A stretch of DNA of 64,000 nucleotides, taken from Nostoc sp. (lineage in GTDB: Bacteria > Cyanobacteriota > Cyanobacteriia > Cyanobacteriales > Nostocaceae). The stretch covers positions 1 to 64,000 of the forward strand of contig JBALDB010000033.1 of the NCBI GenBank assembly GCA_036918135.1. Reading direction: 5' to 3'. Shown one piece after another: positions 60,837-64,000 of the stretch (position 1 is the first letter of the stretch; the number at the start of each line of letters is the position of its first letter). Below the pieces are notes generated by a model that worked only from the letters and a program-made list of their open reading frames with translations, made no database searches and was not told the origin of the DNA. Position numbers and translations under genes: made by a program.

Positions 60837-61277
60837 TCACAAAATATCTGCCAACTTTACCAACAGACTATTTGCTAAATCAACTAACTTGATGTCATCC
60901 GCTTCATGAAGATTTTTACCATAAGTTAATAGATTTGTCACAGCAGATAACCTGTCATCTACTTCAGAATTGCTCCAATATTCTTCCAAGTTTACTGCAA
61001 AATCAAATAGCGATCGCTCTCCCAAATACTGCCTGACTTTTACAGCTACATTATCATCACTTACCAAAAATTCTTTAATAGCATCTAATCGAGAATTACC
61101 TAATATTTCATCATTTCCCCAGGTTTCTAACCAGTCTCCTTCTACATCTTCAACATAAAAGTTGACAAAATCAACGCCGTAAGTTAACCAGTTCTGCTGC
61201 ATTTGTCTAGCTGTTGCTAAAGCTTCGACAAAATTATTTATATCGTTGTAGGTGTGAGTTTCTCTTTTATTAGCCAT
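60837..61277 (-). CDS. Hypothetical acidic protein
   Basis: ~146 aa ORF co-oriented downstream of 61347-62057. Confidence 0.65.
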   Translation of the reverse strand: MANKRETHTYNDINNFVEALATARQMQQNWLTYGVDFVNFYVEDVEGDWLETWGNDEILGNSRLDAIKEFLVSDDNVAVKVRQYLGERSLFDFAVNLEEYWSNSEVDDRLSAVTNLLTYGKNLHEADDIKLVDLANSLLVKLADIL

Positions 61278-61346
61278 AAAAGCTGTAATGAGCAGGTAAG
61301 TATGTAGGCTAGAATACAAATCTTTTAAATCAAAATCCGGAGAGGC

Positions 61347-62057
61347 TCAGAAAAATTTTAAATATTTGCCACCAGAAAGATAATCACTGTTATACAAGGC
61401 TATGTTGACTAATTGGTTAACAAAATTAGTATCCTTGGGATTGTAACTTAGGAACAATCCTCTCTCTATTTCCCACGATCGCAGTGTATTTTGCCAAGCT
61501 TGGTACTTTTGTTGATTAAGTTCTTCACTGACGCTAGTAACTTGAATACAAAGTGGTTGATTGTTACGATTACTAACAATTAGATCTGTCGCCATAGAGA
61601 GGTCGGCAATATAACGCTGCCAAAAACTACCTTCTCGCTGAACAATATCTTGGGCTATATTTCTAATAATATCATCATCACCTTGATTAAATTCACCTGC
61701 CATCAATTTTTGTTTCCAAATATAAAACTTGGAATCATTTGCATTAATCCATTTCGGGAAAAGGTAACCATACCAATATCTTTCAATGGGCGTCATTTGC
61801 TCAAATTTTGCTTTTTGTTCTTCTGGTGAAGGTGAGGATTTTACGATCAGCCAAATTGTAGAGTCCGTAATTACTTCTAAGAGAAAAGCAAGGACAAAAG
61901 GTTTAGCCGTCAGGGAACCCGGTTTGATATTCTTGACCCAACGATTGATTTCATCTAATCTTCTCGCTAAATTAGGATCTATCGAGTCAGCTTGCTCGAT
62001 GAGGGACTTGAGTTTATCCTTAATCTCTTTTGCTTGCAAACGATGCCCTACTTTCAA
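61347..62057 (-). CDS. Hypothetical protein, possible restriction-endonuclease-like fold
   Basis: 236 aa, TTG start; C-terminal ADLSMATDLIV..PLCIQVTS resembles a PD-(D/E)xK-type core. Confidence 0.55.
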   Translation of the reverse strand: MKVGHRLQAKEIKDKLKSLIEQADSIDPNLARRLDEINRWVKNIKPGSLTAKPFVLAFLLEVITDSTIWLIVKSSPSPEEQKAKFEQMTPIERYWYGYLFPKWINANDSKFYIWKQKLMAGEFNQGDDDIIRNIAQDIVQREGSFWQRYIADLSMATDLIVSNRNNQPLCIQVTSVSEELNQQKYQAWQNTLRSWEIERGLFLSYNPKDTNFVNQLVNIALYNSDYLSGGKYLKFF

Positions 62058-62493
62058 AAATTAATACTTTTTTAACAATTACTCAGTAGCTATCGTCAGT
62101 TTTGTGTTTAGCTCTAAATCTCCATCATACGCCTTAGCTGACTATTTACTATAAATTTTAGATTTCAAATTTAAAATTTTGGATTTGGGTTTTTCGCTAC
62201 TCCTACAAAGAAGCTATATGTTTAGTGTATTGTAAACAGAATAAATTTTAAAGATACCCTTGGACTGGCGATCGCAAATTTTAAACCTCCAGTCCCGTAG
62301 GAGGCTTGGCTTTTTGGGGAGCCACTCTCAGGGTTTCTAAGATTTGTAATAACTGGCGTCAGACTCCAAGACCCTTTGAGTTCGCCAGTTATTTGCAAAA
62401 AGATTTCCCTCCCACACTGCTTCCCCTTTTACTGTTTGAGCAAATTTATATTTAATTTTAACGTAAAGCGTCTATGTTAATTTACCTATTCAA

Positions 62494-63219
62494 TCAAATA
62501 TTCTCAGGGTTAATACCTTGTAAACGCAAAAGTTCACGCAGTCTAGCAATTTCTTGTTCTGCTTGTTGGGCGCGTTCTTCTGCTTGTTCGGCACGTAAAC
62601 TTTCTTGTTGAGCTAGTTCTTCAGATGATAGTATCAATTGATTTTCAGTAGTAAATAACCTTAATTTACCTTCATAAACTCCCAAATAAAGTTCTAACTG
62701 CTGACTCCATAAACGGCCATCAGTGGTGGGTTGAATTTCTTGATACTTTCCATCTACTAAATGAAATCCCTGAAATTCCATTGTTACCGGATTAAACCAG
62801 AAATAATCCGGTGTGCGGAAAGTATCTTGGTAAACTTGTTTTTTGAAGCCTTTATCAACTGCTGCTGTTGAATTCGACAAAATCTCTACAATTACATTTG
62901 GATATTTCCCGTCTTCTTGCCAAACTACCCAACTTTTACGGTCTTTTTTCTCGGTTCCTAAAACTACAAAAAAGTCTGGCCCACGGAAGTATTCTGATTT
63001 TTTCTGGTTAGGACTGTAATAAATTGTCAAATTCCCAGAAGCATAAAAATCTTGCCTTTCTCGCCACCACAATTTGAGTAGGCGAATCAGCAAATCGATT
63101 TGGTCTCGGTGTAGATCACTTTCCAAGGGTGGTTCGTCACTCAGTATATCGCCAGGAGGAAATATAACTTCATCTTCTGAAGTATTAGAGGTGAATTCTA
63201 AAATAGCAGGTTCAGACAT
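62494..63219 (-). CDS. Uma2 (DUF820) family endonuclease-like protein
   Basis: SDEPPLESDLH, RGPDFFVV, PNVIVEILS.ST..DK..KK, C-terminal AEQ coiled coil. Confidence 0.92.
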   Translation of the reverse strand: MSEPAILEFTSNTSEDEVIFPPGDILSDEPPLESDLHRDQIDLLIRLLKLWWRERQDFYASGNLTIYYSPNQKKSEYFRGPDFFVVLGTEKKDRKSWVVWQEDGKYPNVIVEILSNSTAAVDKGFKKQVYQDTFRTPDYFWFNPVTMEFQGFHLVDGKYQEIQPTTDGRLWSQQLELYLGVYEGKLRLFTTENQLILSSEELAQQESLRAEQAEERAQQAEQEIARLRELLRLQGINPENI

Positions 63220-63249
63220 AAGCGATCGCCCCGCAATTAACATCAATTA

Positions 63250-63894
63250 TTACTGAAAAGTTATTAAATTGCAGATGCTTTTAAGAACTTGTAATAACTC
63301 AATTGTATCGGGAGATTCATTGAGATTTAATAATGGCATTAATTGATAATTCGGCTGTTGCTCGCGTCTCAAATATACAAATTGATAACGCAGTCCGTTA
63401 GTTACTAAACCCCAAACAGATGGTTGTTGTTCTAAGCTTTTAAAAGCATAAGTTAGTAATTGAGGTAAACCCTCAGCTACATCGATCGCACTATTTTTTG
63501 TTTCAATTACTAAAATCCAAAAAGTTGATGCAGTAGTACTTTGATGATTACTAATTGCTAAAATATCCATCCGTCCGGTGATTTTTTTATCCTCATCTTC
63601 GAGTGCGATCGCAATGCTATCTTCCATTGTCAACCGAATCGGCACATCATAAAATCCTGCTGACCGCATTAGTGGCGCAATCGTTAAAAATTTCACCAAG
63701 CCTTCAGAAATTTTGCCCAGTTTGAGATAACGACTAAAGTCGTTTCTAATTCGTAATAAATCCTGTTGTTCAAACTCTGTCAACGTTTCTAAATTTAAGA
63801 AGTTTGTGAATGAACCAGTTGAAAGTTCTTCTAGTTTTAGAAAGCGATGAACATCGTTGAGAGATAAGCTACTGGCTTCGAGAATAAGTGGCAT
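63250..63894 (-). CDS. Type I restriction HsdR N-terminal-like PD-(D/E)xK protein
   Basis: ITGRMDIL...LVIETK...GLPQLLTY...WGLVTNG. Confidence 0.8.
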   Translation of the reverse strand: MPLILEASSLSLNDVHRFLKLEELSTGSFTNFLNLETLTEFEQQDLLRIRNDFSRYLKLGKISEGLVKFLTIAPLMRSAGFYDVPIRLTMEDSIAIALEDEDKKITGRMDILAISNHQSTTASTFWILVIETKNSAIDVAEGLPQLLTYAFKSLEQQPSVWGLVTNGLRYQFVYLRREQQPNYQLMPLLNLNESPDTIELLQVLKSICNLITFQ

Positions 63895-64000
63895 AGTTTT
63901 AGGGAAAGGGAGTGGGGAGAGACGCAAGGACGCGGAGAATGACCAATGACTCAGCAATTTCCACCCAGCTTAATGAAAATCTAAACACAGTACAGCATAA

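Noticed and set aside
1799..63256. Numerous 60-160 aa ORFs antisense to or nested in long genes
   Set aside because: Shadow ORFs of well-supported CDSs with no independent motifs or RBS evidence.

Overview
This is a 64 kb stretch of a filamentous, Nostoc-like cyanobacterial genome, inferred from dense HIP1 GCGATCGC octamers and Nostoc-type short repeats. Region 1-14.4 kb is a defence-like island: a minus-strand BREX-related operon (DUF499 ATPase, small protein, DUF1156 adenine methylase, PLD-SNF2 helicase). Two modules sit inside it: a VapBC-type toxin-antitoxin pair and a divergently regulated ubiquitination-like cassette (XRE repressor + IrrE/ImmA peptidase <- -> Ubl, Cys-less E2, JAB-E1 fusion). 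The cassette resembles Bub pathways, but its Ubl ends in -APDDNS with no C-terminal glycine. Region 14.6-17.3 kb holds decayed mobile debris: an interrupted HNH gene, a truncated tyrosine recombinase, an IS fragment and a MITE. Region 17.3-34.4 kb is a CHAT (caspase-like) protease cluster: sigma-70-like factor, DUF1822, membrane CHAT, CHAT-CHASE2, DUF928, an exported TPR-CHAT and two CHAT remnants, with a low-GC glycosyltransferase/nucleotidyltransferase insert. An inactivated IS701 closes it. From 36 kb onward the genes are mostly ordinary chromosomal ones: a hybrid Ser/Thr-His kinase, GH13, acyP, NDH-2, HAD, Tab2, PmbA, ClC-CBS-USP, GT4, O-antigen ligase, WD40 kinase, PPC protein, Uma2 and others, with interspersed MITEs and repeats. 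No tRNA, rRNA or CRISPR array was recognised. All family assignments come from reading motifs by eye, not from database searches.
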